From positions 5,208,001 through 5,272,000 of the forward strand of contig OX597816.1 of assembly GCA_951406725.2 (NCBI GenBank): DNA of 64,000 nt, read 5' to 3'. Positions within the stretch are counted from its first letter, which is position 1. Every line of letters starts with the position of its first letter. Position numbers and translations under genes: made by a program. Below are positions 1 to 12,731 of the stretch, in pieces. Source of the stretch: Octopus vulgaris. Lineage: Eukaryota. The notes under the pieces are model-generated. The model was not told where the DNA came from and did no database searches. It was given only the letters and a program-made list of their open reading frames with translations.

Positions 1-177
1 AAGGTCAGTAGTTTTTACAGAAGGAAGTTAGTCAATAAGGGTTCACTCCATCACCTAGTCTAGTTCTTAATTTTATCAACCCCCAACCAAAAAAAAAAAG
101 ATGATGAGAAAAGCAGACAGCATTGGAACAATACTGCAAGTCATCTATTTCCAATGGCCTAAAAGTTCTGCCGACAG

Positions 178-432
178 ACATCATCATTTAACATCCGCTT
201 TCCATGCTAGCATGGGTTGGACGATTTGACTGAAGTCTGGCAAACCAGACTCCAATCTGATCTGGCAGAGTTTCTACAGCTGGATGCCCTTCCTAACGCT
301 AAGCACTCCGAGAGTGCAGTGGGTGCTTTTACGTGCCACCGGCACGAGGGCCAGTTGGGTGGTATTGGCAACGGCCATGCCCAAATGGTGCTTTTTATGT
401 GCCATCTGCACAGGAGCCAGTCCAGCGGCACA
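178..432 (-). mobile_element. RTE-clade LINE 3' UTR fragment (family A), (GAT)n tail
   Basis: (CAT)n followed by TTTAACATCCGCTTTCCATGCTAGCATGGGTTGGACG...CTACAGCTGGATGCCCTTCCTAACGC. The same sequence recurs about 25 times in both orientations (e.g. 7445, 9108, 10624, 17440, 25207, 26270, 28630, 36315, 37249, 45417, 49715, 51136, 58235, 62269, 62620). Tied to an RTE ORF end by the copies at 34085-34650 and 14708-15103. Confidence 0.8.
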
Positions 433-682
433 CCTTAATAAAAAGAATAACGGCCTGGACCAGTAATTTTAAGGGGAGGTATTTGACGATTATGTCACAC
501 CCTGTACTCAACAGTTCCTTTACTTTATCAACCCCAGAGGCATGAAGGGGAAACGTTGACCTCAGCAGGATTTGAACTCAAAATGTGAAAAGCTACAAAG
601 AATACCGCAAGGCATTTTGTTGCATGCTGTAATGGATTCTGTCGACCCATTATCCAAAAAATAAAAATATGAATTTCTGAAA

Positions 683-762
683 GCTGCTGCTGCTGCTGCT
701 GATGATGGTGATGATGATGGTGATGATGATGATAGTAGTGGTGGCAATGATGTTGATGACGG

Positions 763-812
<50 letters not shown>

Positions 813-834
813 GTGATGATGGTGATAGTGAAGG

Positions 835-872
<38 letters not shown>

Positions 873-915
873 GTGATGGTGATGATGATGATGACGATGG
901 TGATGGTGATGGTGG

Positions 916-947
<32 letters not shown>

Positions 948-1051
948 GTGATGGTGGTGATGATGATGATGGTGATGATGATGTTGATCTGGTGGTGGTG
1001 GTGCTGCTGCTGCTGATGATGATGAAGATGCTGACAATGATGATCATTATA

Positions 1052-1125
<74 letters not shown>
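683..1125. repeat. Compound trinucleotide microsatellite (GCT)/(GAT)/(GGT)/(TAA)n
   Basis: Directly visible; source of the poly-H/S/I/M ORFs. Confidence 0.98.
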
Positions 1126-1126
<1 letters not shown>

Positions 1127-1567
1127 GATACATTTTTTTAATATAAATTGCTTTCTATGTTTCACTTTTAACAAATGATTGAAAAAAAAAAAAAAAAAAG
1201 ACATTTCTATGTTACATGCTTTGCATTGAATTCCATATTTTTCTCCATGTATTTCTCTGCAAAAGTGAAACCTTTCAGGAGACCTGATCCTTAACAAATG
1301 TTGAAGAACAGAAGAGAATTATTTATCAGTAAATTTGTTAAAATTCAATTGTTTTTTTTTTTTAAATTTTTTTTTTGAGAAATGAAAGAATGTAGCAAAA
1401 ACCTGAAAGAATTTATAGGAAATATTGGCATTTCAACGATATTGATTTTTACACCTGGCGGCATGAATGCCATAAATATGAGCAGTTTTCCTGCTTTTCA
1501 TAATCATTTTTATGCAAAACTGAAAGATAAAAGTTAAGATAATTTCTATCTCTGCTGCACTGCCTAC

Positions 1568-1619
<52 letters not shown>

Positions 1620-1954
1620 TAATAATGATAATAATGATAATAATTTTTTATGCCAGTGCACAAATTTCTTTACTGCAAAAATGTTAAGGTGAATTCTTCT
1701 CAGAATTTGAACTCTGAATTTCTAAATAATAATAATCTTTTCTACTCTAGGCACAAGGCCAGAAATTTTGTGGATGGGGGGAGGCCAGTCGATTAGATCG
1801 ACCCCATTATGCAACTGGTACTTAATTTATCTACCCTGAAAAGATGAAAGACAAAGTCAACCTTGGTGGAATTTGAACTCACAACATAAAGACAGACGAA
1901 ATACTGCTAAGCATTTCACCCAGCATGCTAACAATTTTGCCAGCTTTCTGCCTC

Positions 1955-1989
<35 letters not shown>

Positions 1990-1994
1990 TAATA

Positions 1995-2532
1995 AGGCAG
2001 TGGCTCTCATGGCTTCTGATCTTAACTGATTGGAAGTGTTATCATGTACATTGTTTTGTCTTGGTATAAAAGATGGGCTACAGCAAATATTCTGCTCAAT
2101 ACCACAGATTTGCTTGTCAGTTGTTTGACCTTAACCAGTCGAGCATGTCCCTTAGTGGCTGATGATATGTGCATCTCTGATCACTTGCAGAAGTAGTGAG
2201 GGAGCATCATAGCCGTGTGTTGAGAGGGATTCTTTGGGGTTTGAATAATTCACCTCTGGAAATATGGCCATTTCATTCAACATCCTTAAACAACCTTTAT
2301 TCAGGGACCTTTTGTGTGGGATGGGCTACTCAGCCTGAAGAAAATTCTAACTGGGCCCCACCTGCAAGGTCATGTGCTGTTTATCTTCATATGCGATCCC
2401 AATGTCGCGCACATATGGTTGTGATGCATGTGCCTAGTGTTCCCTTATCAGACGGGTAGTCATGATGGGTATACTGGGCTTCGTATATTTTACCCCAGTG
2501 TCACTTTGATGGCATGCACTGCTCTCTCACTC
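1995..2532 (+). mobile_element. About 540-bp TAA-embedded retroposon fragment (family T)
   Basis: Near-identical copies at 18517-19073 (-) and 44178-44664 (+). All end GCACTGCTCTCTCACTC(AAT)n, have staggered 5' ends and are flanked by (TAA)n. Confidence 0.85.
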
Positions 2533-2545
2533 AATAATAATAATA

Positions 2546-2948
2546 ATGGTTTCAAAGGGAAAGCAAAGTTGCTTACTTATCAACCTATCATGTCTGTTTG
2601 ATTCCAGGATCATAAAGAAAGAGGAAGAAAAACAAAGAAAATACAACCCTTTAAAATTTGAAATAGGAAGAATTTGGAACCTGGGAGCAGTAGAGGTCGT
2701 GCCTATAATAACTGGTGCGTTGGGAAGAGTAAGCAAAGAAATAGACAACAGGTTGAAGGAGATTGAAATAGAATACCCGGTGGAGCTCCTACAGAAAGTT
2801 TGTCTCTTAGGGACAGGGAGGATTATCAGGAGGGTTCTGAGCACCTGAAAGACAGCTGAAAACATGTGGATACCTAAGGTTACAGGTAATAAACTGCTAC
2901 CCACATAAATCCTACCAGGAATAAGGCTGAACCTGAGTCAAGCCAAAA
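2546..2948 (+). mobile_element. R4/Dong-like non-LTR retrotransposon, 5'-truncated; REL endonuclease C-terminus plus 3' UTR
   Basis: ORF 2546-2848 (KKEEEKQRKYNPLKFEIGRIWNL...VVPIITGALG...LQKVCLLGTGRIIRRVL) has the R4-clade REL motifs; flanked by (TAA)n on both sides. Confidence 0.88.
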
Positions 2949-2958
2949 TAATAATAAT

Positions 2959-2994
<36 letters not shown>

Positions 2995-4302
2995 CCTGTC
3001 TACTATAGGCACAAAGTCTGAAATTCTGGAAGAGGGAGCTAGTCAATTATATCTACCCCAGTGTTCAACTGGTACTTGTTTCATCAACTCCAAAAAGATA
3101 AAAAGACAAATCAACTTCCATGGGATTTGAACTCTAAATATAAAGCATTTTGTCGTACGTGTTAACTGTTCTGCCAACTCGCTGCCTTAAATTGGTAATA
3201 CAAATGTTTTTTTTATTTCGGCACAAGTTCTGGAATTCAGTGGAGATTCTGTTAAGTTTCCTACAATATTTGACTGGTATTTTATTTTCGTGACCCTCGA
3301 AAGGATGAAAGCAAAAGTTAACTTTGACAGAATTTGAACTCAGAACATAAAAAACTGGATCAAATACCACAAGGCATTTTGTCCAGTGATTTAATAATTC
3401 TGTCAAAGCTGAAGGAACCAAAGACTAAAACCTGACAAACTCACTGAAGAGAGACCTTTGAGTATCGGAGTTCAAATTTGAAATAAATATTTGCTTTGCT
3501 GATTTGGCAGAAAGAACTTGTGCGTTGGCATAAAAAATGATTGCAATATAGGTAGAACGGCAGAGAGGGAATTATCTCCACTTTTATCTTTTAGTTTTTG
3601 CATAAAAATGATTATCTAAAACAGGCAAACTGCTCATTTTTATGGAATTCATGCCACCAAGTGTAAAAATCAATATCTTTGAAATGCCAATATTTTCTCT
3701 TAATTCTCAGAGCTGAAGAAACAGCAGCCTCTAAAATCCACAGACCCATAACTTCTTCCAGTATACAGTATAAAAGTCTTCACAGCTAAAGGATAAATAA
3801 ATCCTTCAATGAAAAACAATTCCCAGAAGAACAAATGGAATGCTATAAAGACTCGTTTAGCCTCGAAGATCAATTACCAATCAAATAAAGCATGATAAAG
3901 ATCTATAGAAAGTGGTAGAACGGTTTGAACAAAGCATTGATTGGTTAAGGACTTTGATGAAGCTTGAATAAGTATAATATATACATAAAGGAAAGATAAT
4001 GTTAGCAACAAACATGTGGTGTCCCCTAGTGAGCAATAATAGAAGGGAGATAAAAATTTCTTTATAAAATTTGGAGGGAGTACAAGTGTGAATTTCAAAG
4101 AGATATTAGAAATAAATTAGATTGATATGGCAAAATGTAAACACGAAAAGGTATCCAGACATTCCAGTTATAAGAGGTAACTGCATTCATATTATTGGGA
4201 CTCAAAAAGAATTAGAAAAATTCAGACAGGAAAACATCAAATGGTTAATTACTGCACTTAGAATGCTGCCCCCAAAAGCTGATGAGCAACATGTTATTTA
4301 CC

Positions 4303-4720
4303 TATTTCTTTACTACCCACAAGGGGCTAAACATAGAGTGGACAAACAAGGACAGACAAACGGATTAAGTCGATTATATCGACCCCAGTGCATAACTGGT
4401 ACTTAATTTACCAACCCCAAAAGGATGAAAGGCAAAGTCGACCTCGACGGAATTTGAACTCAGAACGTAATGGCAGACGAAATACCTATTTCTTTACTAC
4501 CCACAAGGGACTAAACACAGAGAGGACAACCAAGGACAGACAGACGGATTAAGTCGATTATATCGACCCCAGTGCATAACTGGTACTTAATTTATCGACC
4601 CCAAAAGGATGAAAGACAAAGTCGACAGCAGCGGCATTTGAACTCAGAACCTAACTGCAGACGAAATATGGCTACGCATTTCGCCTGGCGTGCTAACGAT
4701 TCTGCCAGCTCGCTGCCTTT
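4303..4720 (-). mobile_element. tRNA-derived SINE family B, head-to-tail dimer
   Basis: A-box-like TGGCAGAATCGTTAG and B-box GAGTTCAAAT on the minus strand; 17-bp TSD GCAACATGTTATTTACC at 4286-4302 and 4721-4737; internal junction near 4486. Confidence 0.9.
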
Positions 4721-4947
4721 GCAACATGTTATTTACCATCAATTCACATGTTACCATGTTTCTGCTGAAAACCATTGCCCTTGTTTCAATGAATTTTGAA
4801 AATAACAAAGAACTTAATAAAATAATTATCATTATTCACCCCTTTTCTTACTATAATTCTGTTTAGTTGCATTGCTCTTTGTTTCCATTGAATTTCAAAA
4901 TAATGAAGAATTCAGTAAAATAACACTGCCATTATTAAACTGATGTA

Positions 4948-5168
4948 AGGCAGCAAGCTGGCAGAATCATTAGCACGCCGGGTGAAATACTAAGTGTATT
5001 TCACCTACCGTTACGTTCTGAGTTCAAATTCCGCTGAGGTTGACTTTAGCGTTCATCCTTTCAGGTTTGATAAATTAAGTACCAGCAAAATACTGGGGTT
5101 CAATGTAATCGACTAGTACCCTCCCCCAAAATGTCATGGCCTTGTGCCTTCAGTAGAAAGGATTATTA
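4948..5168 (+). mobile_element. tRNA-derived SINE family B (variant with ATT tail)
   Basis: GGCAGCAAGCTGGCAGAATCATTAGC...GAGTTCAAATTCCG...CATCCTTTC...AAGTACCAG...GGCCTTGTGCC...AGAAAGGATTATT. Further copies near 440-640, 1735-1955, 2993-3190, 3215-3405, 5395-5612, 9790-9975, 11300-11518 and 20143-20362. Confidence 0.85.
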
Positions 5169-5726
5169 AACTGGTGTTTGGAACAAAAATTAGGAAGAAA
5201 TAATATGTAAAAAATTCTTTGAAATTTCGCCACACAGCCAAAAGTTTTAAGGTGGGGGCTCTTGCCAAACACATCAACTTCAGTGCTCAATTGGTTTGTA
5301 TTTCATTGGCCCCAGAAGGATATAAGGTAAAGTCGACCTTGGTAGTATTTGAACTCAGAATGTAAAGCACCAGAAAATTCCTCAATGATGATAGATCTTT
5401 GTAATTTTAGCACAAGGGTAACAATTTTGGGAGGAAGGGATTAGATGGTTACATTGATCCTGGTGTCCAATGGGTGCTTTACATTATCGACTCTGAAAGG
5501 AACAAATGCAAAGTTGACATCAGTGGGGTTTGAACTCAGAACATAAAGCCAGACAAAAATGCTGCTGAGCATTTTGTCTATCACGCTAATGATGCAACTA
5601 ACTCACCACCTCAATAATAATAATAATCATGATGATGATGATGGTGATGATGATGGTAATCATCATCATTATCATCATCATCATTATCATCATCATCATT
5701 ATTCACATAATAATAATGATAATAAA

Positions 5727-5791
<65 letters not shown>

Positions 5792-5942
5792 GTGCTTCTA
5801 ATATTGGTGACAGTTGGAAATCAATTGATTGTTAAACGTGTGTATTAACAAATTTTGCCTCAGGTATCAGGGTGACACTTGGCAAGATATTAGAAAGATG
5901 CAGAATTCAAAGGAAAATTACTAACAACAACAACAACAGTAA

Positions 5943-5990
<48 letters not shown>

Positions 5991-6545
5991 TAACTTTATT
6001 TTCCACAAGTGTAATAGATGAAGGTTCCTTACAAATAAGAACGAAAAGTATGATAATATGACAGCCAAACCAAACATTATGTGCACATAAGGCCCACACA
6101 GCCGAGCTGTGTAGCAAATAGAAAGCAATAAAATTACAGAAATAAGTTTCTAAAATAATAATAATAATAACAATAATAATAATAATAACATAAAATATTG
6201 TATTACTAGTCCCCATGCTACAGCATGGTTACTTTATTTTTGTCTATTCCAAGTTCTGTGATAAAGACTGCTCTTTCAAAGTTGCTAGTTGCACGTTGTA
6301 AGCCAATGGCAACTGTTTAATGTTCTCGTCTTTACTTCCTTCCAGTTGTTCTGAGGTGATTAACAACATGAATGGAAGTGTTTCCTGCTATTTCCCAGAG
6401 CTTTACACCAAACCATTAAGCGTGGTGGCTCTTCATTCTACATCATTGTCAAACAGGCATGCAATCATTCACACTATCGTAAACAAACACACACTCACAC
6501 ACGCACATGCACACACATTACACATATGCTCATACACATGCACAA

Positions 6546-6585
<40 letters not shown>

Positions 6586-6917
6586 GTGTGAATGTATAAG
6601 TATATAGATAGATGAGTGGGAATAAATATATGCACCCTCATACACATGCATGCGTACATATCTATTTATCTATATGTATATATATGCATATGTGTTTATA
6701 TATATGTATGTATATATATGTATATATATATGTATGTATATATATATGTATATATATATGTATGTATATATATGTATATATATATGTATGTATGTATATG
6801 TATGTATATATATGTATATATATATATATGTATATATATGTATATATATGTATATATATGCATATATATACATATATAATATATATAAATAGATGTTGAT
6901 GATGAGGATTTGATATG

Positions 6918-6959
<42 letters not shown>

Positions 6960-6960
6960 G
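6546..6960. repeat. (TA)/(TG)/(CA) compound dinucleotide microsatellite
   Basis: Directly visible; similar tracts at 15965-16070, 32677-32810, 46600-46925, 47280-47450, 55110-55710, 55990-56315 and 61250-61860. Confidence 0.97.
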
Positions 6961-8119
6961 GCACAGACATAGTGGTGGTGGGGAAGACCTCTTGGCATGT
7001 TGGTCACCTTGATATTACCTGAAGTGGTACCTGTTATTGTTCAGGAAACATTGGCGGCTGCAGCCAAGCTTTTCCCCTCTGTTCTTGACACTGCTGTATA
7101 CCATTCTACCATTTCCTGTGCTTGACCAGACAACCTCAAGGACTCTACTGTCCCATACCACCAGGATGACTGACCACTTCTCTGTTCCATCAACAGATTA
7201 CACCTCTAATACAACCTCAAAGTTTTGAATACTGATACGTCTCCTCCGTCTGCTCGTATTTACTTTCAGTTCACCAACACCTGAGCATTGTGGTGCACCT
7301 GAGCACTGTATACAATAATTTCATTATTATCACTATGTACGTATTACTGCACAAATGTGACAAACCAAGGGTTTGACATCCTTACCAATATCAATAGTCC
7401 TCATCATCATGTCTCTTTTCCCTTTGTGCTGTGAAACCAACCCATTATCATCATCATTTAACATCCGCTTTCCATGCTAGCATGGGTTGGACGATTTTGA
7501 CTGAGGACTGGCGAACCAGACGGCCGCACCAGGCTCCAATCTTGATCTGGCAGAGTTTCTACAGCTGGATGTCCTTCCTAACGCCAACCACTCTGAGAGA
7601 GTAGTGGGTGCTTTTTATCTGCCACCTGCATGGGAGGGGGAAAGTCAGGTGGTACTGGCAATGACCTCGCTCGAATCTTTTTACAAATGCCACCGGCACA
7701 GGTGCCAGTAAGGCGACGTTGGTAACGATCACACTCGAATGGTGCTCTTTTACGTGCCACCGGCACGTAGCCAGTTGGCTGCTCTGGCAAAGATCAACAA
7801 ACAAATATATGGGGCACAAACTCCAGCTGGGCCCTAGCCATGACCTTGTCCCTAAATCTCTTTTATGTGCCTTGCTCTTGTTGATAGTGCACACATCCTG
7901 CTATGGATCAACCAGGACCGCTTTCATCTTCTCTTCTAATAACATATGGAAGCCCCTTGCATTTCCTTAGAAATACAGATACACTTCACTGCTTTTCCAT
8001 GATAAATTCTTTGAGCAAGGAGGCATTATTTTCTGTGATGCATTTCATTTCCTCCACTTTTCTCTCGGCCCAAGTCAAGCCATTCTTCTAACCCATACTG
8101 TGAACAAATGATGCAATAT

Positions 8120-8430
8120 TGTTGTTGTTGTTGGCGGTGGTGGTGGTGGTGGCGGCAGTGATGGTGGATTTTGGTTGTGGTGGTGGTGGCGGCAGTGATG
8201 GTGGATTTTGGTTGTGGTGATGGTAGTGGTGGCGGCGGTGGTGAGGTAGGTTTTGTTGTTGTTGTTGGTGGTGGTTGTGGTGGTGGCGGCGGCGGCGGCG
8301 GTGACGGTGGATTTTGTTGGTGGTGACAGTGGATTTTGGTGGTGGCGGTGGTGATGTTGGATTTTGGTGGTGGTGGTGGTGGTGGTGGTGGTTACGGTGG
8401 ATTTCGGTGGTGGTGGATTTTGGTGGTGAT
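8120..8430. repeat. Degenerate (GGT)/(GTT)/(GGC)n tract with recurring GGATTTTGG units
   Basis: Directly visible; a similar tract lies at 20360-20682. Confidence 0.92.
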
Positions 8431-8916
8431 TTTTTTTGTTTTCGCTATGCCTGTACTATGTTTACCCCATTCAAATTTACGGTTTTTATCACAAGTTCTT
8501 TCTCATTCAAACCCCCCTCTTCCACCATGTTGTTTATGTTTTAGAATTTCTGCAATGTCTGCGCATCTAAATTTTTTTTTTTTCCCATTTAAAAATAATT
8601 CCAGGCTGATGTTTGTTTGCATTACTGCTGCCATTGCAATGGCGAACATCTCTTCCTGCTGATTCTACGGTGGCTACGTTGTAAGGCGGAAGTACATTAT
8701 GAATAGATATTCGTCAAAAAGTCGTAAACAACTTAAAATGCCTGAAGACAAATCGTTTTCTACCCAAGGTAATGCAGTAAATGCACAAACGTTGCTAAAC
8801 CCTTCAGGGGTAAGAAGAACAATAATAGGATTTTTTCTAAAGAAACTAATCTGGGAAGTAAACATCTTGCATACAGAACTCTGTGAGATCATATAGAGCA
8901 CTTACAGTAAGTAATG

Positions 8917-9037
<121 letters not shown>

Positions 9038-9308
9038 GGTGTACGGAAAACACTCAGCGAGAAACGGAAGAAAACTTGAAGAAAGAAGGAAAAATAATAA
9101 TAATAACAATCATCATCATCATCATCATCATCATCGTTTAGCGTCCGCTTTCCATGCTGGCATGGGTTGGACGGTTCATCTGGGGTCTGGGAAGCCAGAA
9201 GGCTGTGCCAGGCCCAGTCTGATCTGGCAGTGTTTCTACAGCTGGATGCCCTTCCTAATGCCAACCATTCCGTGAGTGTAGTGGGTGCTTTTTACGTGCC
9301 ACCTGCAC

Positions 9309-9371
<63 letters not shown>

Positions 9372-9770
9372 TGACATAAGTATTCCTTGTGATCACAATA
9401 TAGCGGCGAAAGAATTTGACAAGATTAGTAAATATAAAGACTTGCTAATAGAAATTGAAAAAATGTGGCATCTCAAGGCGACTACAATATCTATTTCTTT
9501 ACTACCCACCAGGGGCTAAACACAGAGGGGACAAACAAGAACAGACAAACGGATTAAGTCAATTACATCGACCCCAGTGTGTAACTGGTACTTAATTTAT
9601 CAACCCCGAAAGGATGAAAGTCAAAGTCAACCTCAGCGGAATTTGAACTCAGAACGTAACGGCAGACGAAATACAGCTACACAATACTAGTGATTGTAGG
9701 ATCTCTAGGAATGATAAAAAAAATGTACTGAAGCCTATTTGAAAATGATTCCAGGCTTACCATCCCTACA
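9372..9770 (+). mobile_element. R4/Dong-like REL fragment interrupted by a family B SINE (about 9490-9676)
   Basis: After (TAA)n it translates IDISIPCDHNIAAKEFDKISKYKDLLIEIEKMWHLKATTI, then resumes after the SINE as LVIVGSLGMIKK. Confidence 0.85.
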
Positions 9771-10363
9771 GGTTTGTGGGAAAACTCACAGGGTTGGGAA
9801 CACTGGGATAGTGAATTAGATCGACCCTTGAGTTTAACTGATATATCTTTCAACAACCCTAAAAGAATGACAGGCAAAGCCAACCTCAGTAGAAATTGAA
9901 CTCGGAATGTAAAGATGGACAAAATGCCACAAAATGTTTTGTCCAGCGTGTTAATGATTCTGCCAGCTCACCACCTAATAACACTAATAATAAGAAATGC
10001 ATAAAAGTAAATAAATAAAATAAATAAAATAAATTCTATTCTTTTTGGCAATTTTTCCTGGCAGGAATTCAAGAAGTTCAAACTTGAATATGTTTGATTG
10101 GCAACTTGTTGCTTCTGTACCTTATGCATCAGATGAGTGTATACATTGGGGCGTATATTGCTATGTGTGTATAATGATTCGATGAGTGTATGTATAATGT
10201 TATACATTGATGAATATTTATGCGTAATGTGAAAATATATACATGTGTAAGAAAGTAAATGCACATAATTTATATAAAATATATTCCATATGTAAATGTA
10301 TACACATATTTGTCTGTGTGTCCGAAGCAAGTATGATAAATGTGTGCATAGATAAATCTATAC

Positions 10364-10561
10364 TCTTTTACTCTTTTACTTGCTTCGGTCATTTGGCTGC
10401 GGCCATGCTGGAGCACCACCTTTAGTCGAGCAAATTGACCCCAGGACTTATTCTTTGTAAGCCTAGTACTTATTCTATGAGTCTCTTTTGCCGAACCACT
10501 AAGTTACTGGGAAGTAAACACACCAGCATCGGTTGCCAAGCGATGTTGTGGGGAACAAACA

Positions 10562-10624
<63 letters not shown>

Positions 10625-11113
10625 CATCATCATCATCATCATCGTTTAACGTCCGTTCTCCATGCTAGCATGGGTTGGACGGTTCGACCGGGGATCTGGG
10701 AAGCCAGAAGGCTGCACCAGGCTCCAGTCTTATCTGGCAGTGTTTCTACAGCTGGATGCCCTTCCTAACGCCAACCACTCCGTGAGTATAGTGGGTGCTT
10801 TTTACGTGCCACCTGCACAGGTGCCAGGCAAGGCTGGCAACGGCCACGGTCGGATTGGTGTATTTTATGTGCCACCGGCACGGAAGCCAAACGAGGCGGT
10901 GCTGGCATCGGCCACGAGTCGGATGGTGCTTTTTAACATATACATATACATATATACGACGGGTTTCTTTCAGTTTCCGTCTACCAAATCCACTCACAAG
11001 GCTTTGGTCAGCCAGAGGCTATAGCAGAAGACACTTGCCCAAGGTGTCATGCAGTGGGACTGAACCCAGAACCATGTGGTTCGTAAACAAGCTACTTACC
11101 ACACAGCCACTCC
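10364..11113 (-). mobile_element. tRNA-derived SINE family C with an RTE 3' end (10624-10937) nested in its internal microsatellite
   Basis: Head GGAGTGGCTGTGTGGTAAG...GGTTCAGTCCC and tail GGTGCTCCAGCATGGCCGCAG...GTAAAAGAG on the minus strand; a family A copy sits in the CA/TA spacer. Confidence 0.88.
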
Positions 11114-11595
11114 TATGCATATATGCACTTTCTAGAAACATCTAATAATATAAACTCATCTACCTTGTTTAGGGTGCTATTTTTTTGCAGACCCTTTCAA
11201 TTTTGAATTGGTAGGTGGGGGGAGGTGGACAATTTGCTGAAGCCTCTGGGTATAATCATAGAATGTCTATTGTTATCACTATTATAACTGTTAAGAGCAT
11301 TGGATTCAAAGTTTGGCACAAGAGCAGCAATTTTGAGGGGAGAGGGTAAGACGATTACATCAACCCCAATACTCAACTGGTACACATTTTATCAACACCA
11401 AAAAGGATGAAAACCAAAATTGACTTCAGCGGAATTTGAACTCAGAACATAAAGATGGACAAAATACTGCTGAACATTTTGCCCAATCTGCTCATGGTTC
11501 TACCTGCTTGCCACCCTAATCAGTGCAAAGAATATTGGCACCATCAACATTACCATCACTATCAGTATAATCATTAAGGAATCAACTATGGGTGA

Positions 11596-11925
11596 CCCCC
11601 TTCGGTCATGAGTGACCATTGTATTGCAGCTAGAAAGTCAACCTCCGAGGCACATGCTGAGCAAGGTTGTTTAGGAAGACCAACAGTCATCCATGCATAC
11701 TAGCCTCCCCTCTCCACACCACTGATGTTATCTAAGGGAAAGGCGAAGGGGCCGATACAGCTTGGCACCTAGGACATCACAATTCATTTCTACACCTGAG
11801 CAAACTGGAGCAACATGAAATAAAGTGTCTTGCTCAAGAACACAACACACAGCCTGGTCCGAGTATCGAACTCAAAACCTCACAATCATAAACTCAACGC
11901 TCTAAGCACTGAGCCATGCACCTTC
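11596..11925 (-). mobile_element. tRNA-derived SINE family D
   Basis: Minus-strand head GCATGGCTCAGTGCTTAGAGCG...GAGTTCGAT, followed by GTGTTCTTGAGCAAGACACTTT; second copy at 63346-63613. Confidence 0.82.
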
Positions 11926-12695
11926 ACGATTCAACTATAACATCAGCATAAAGGCACATGGCCTTGTGGTTAAGGTATTACATACACAATCAAAAGATCA
12001 TGGTTTCAATCCTGGACTGGGTGGTTCGTTGTCCTTTTGAGCAAAATACACTTTATTTTGCGTTGCTTCAGTTTATTCAGCTGTAAATGAGAAACCTTGT
12101 GATGGCCCAGCCCCTCCCCCCATTCAAGGGAAATGTTATTATCTTGGACACTTGGGTGCAGGAGTGGTTGCGTGGTATGAAACTTACTTCCCAACCATAT
12201 GGTTCCGGGTTCAGTCCCATTGCATGGCACCTTCGGCAAGTGACTTCTACTATAGCCTCGGGCTGACCAAACACTTATGAGTGGATTTGATAGACAGAAA
12301 CTGAAAGAATCCCATCATATATATGTATATTAATAAGTTCTAGGCTCGCAAAAAAATTATTTAGAAATTTTTTTGCTACCTACCAGTGGTCTAACGTGAA
12401 GAAAAAAACTACTCAATAGACTATATATTATTCATATAAATGCAATGTACACTGCATTTATATGAATTATATATAAATATATGTGCATATATATATATGT
12501 GTGTGTGTATGTATGTATTTGTGTGTCTGTGTTTGTGTTTGTACCCCTGCCATCACTTGACAACTGATGTTAGTGTGTTTACATTTGTCTGTCCTTGTTT
12601 GTCCTCTCTGTGTTTAGCCCCCTGTAGGCAATAAAGAAATAAATCGTTAGCCGCTAAACCTTTTCTATTTTCTCTCTCTGTTTATTTCTGTGCTC

Positions 12696-12731
12696 CTTTC
12701 TGTCAAAGAGCATGGGCTCGAAACGTAAAAG
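12696..12731 (+). ncRNA. Degenerate minimal type I hammerhead-ribozyme-like motif
   Basis: CTTT-CTGtcaA-a-GAGC(atgg)GCTC-GAAA-cg-TA-AAAG: stem I CTTT/AAAG, stem II GAGC/GCTC, palindromic ACGT stem III; the CUGANGA box has two substitutions. Confidence 0.5.

Larger units (their letters stand above)
1409..3706. repeat. Old long inverted repeat (foldback/MITE-like) with nested insertions
   Basis: 1409-1680 (split by a TAA tract at about 1569-1642) is the diverged reverse complement of 3503-3706, e.g. AATATTGGCATTTCAACGATATTGATTTTTACAC vs GTGTAAAAATCAATATCTTTGAAATGCCAATATT. Confidence 0.85.

Noticed and set aside
528-1297. Long poly-His/Ser/Ile/Met ORFs, and similar ones at 26837-27520 and 41992-42887 and all YI/HT/CV-repeat ORFs
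   Set aside because: Simple repeats lacking stop codons, open in several frames on both strands; no coding signal.
2155-2200. CTGATGA/CTGACGA inside family T
   Set aside because: No stem II-GAAA-stem III arrangement downstream.
8603-8809. In-frame TGA after Cys (SSC*FYGG) suggesting selenocysteine readthrough
   Set aside because: No selenoprotein similarity and no SECIS seen.
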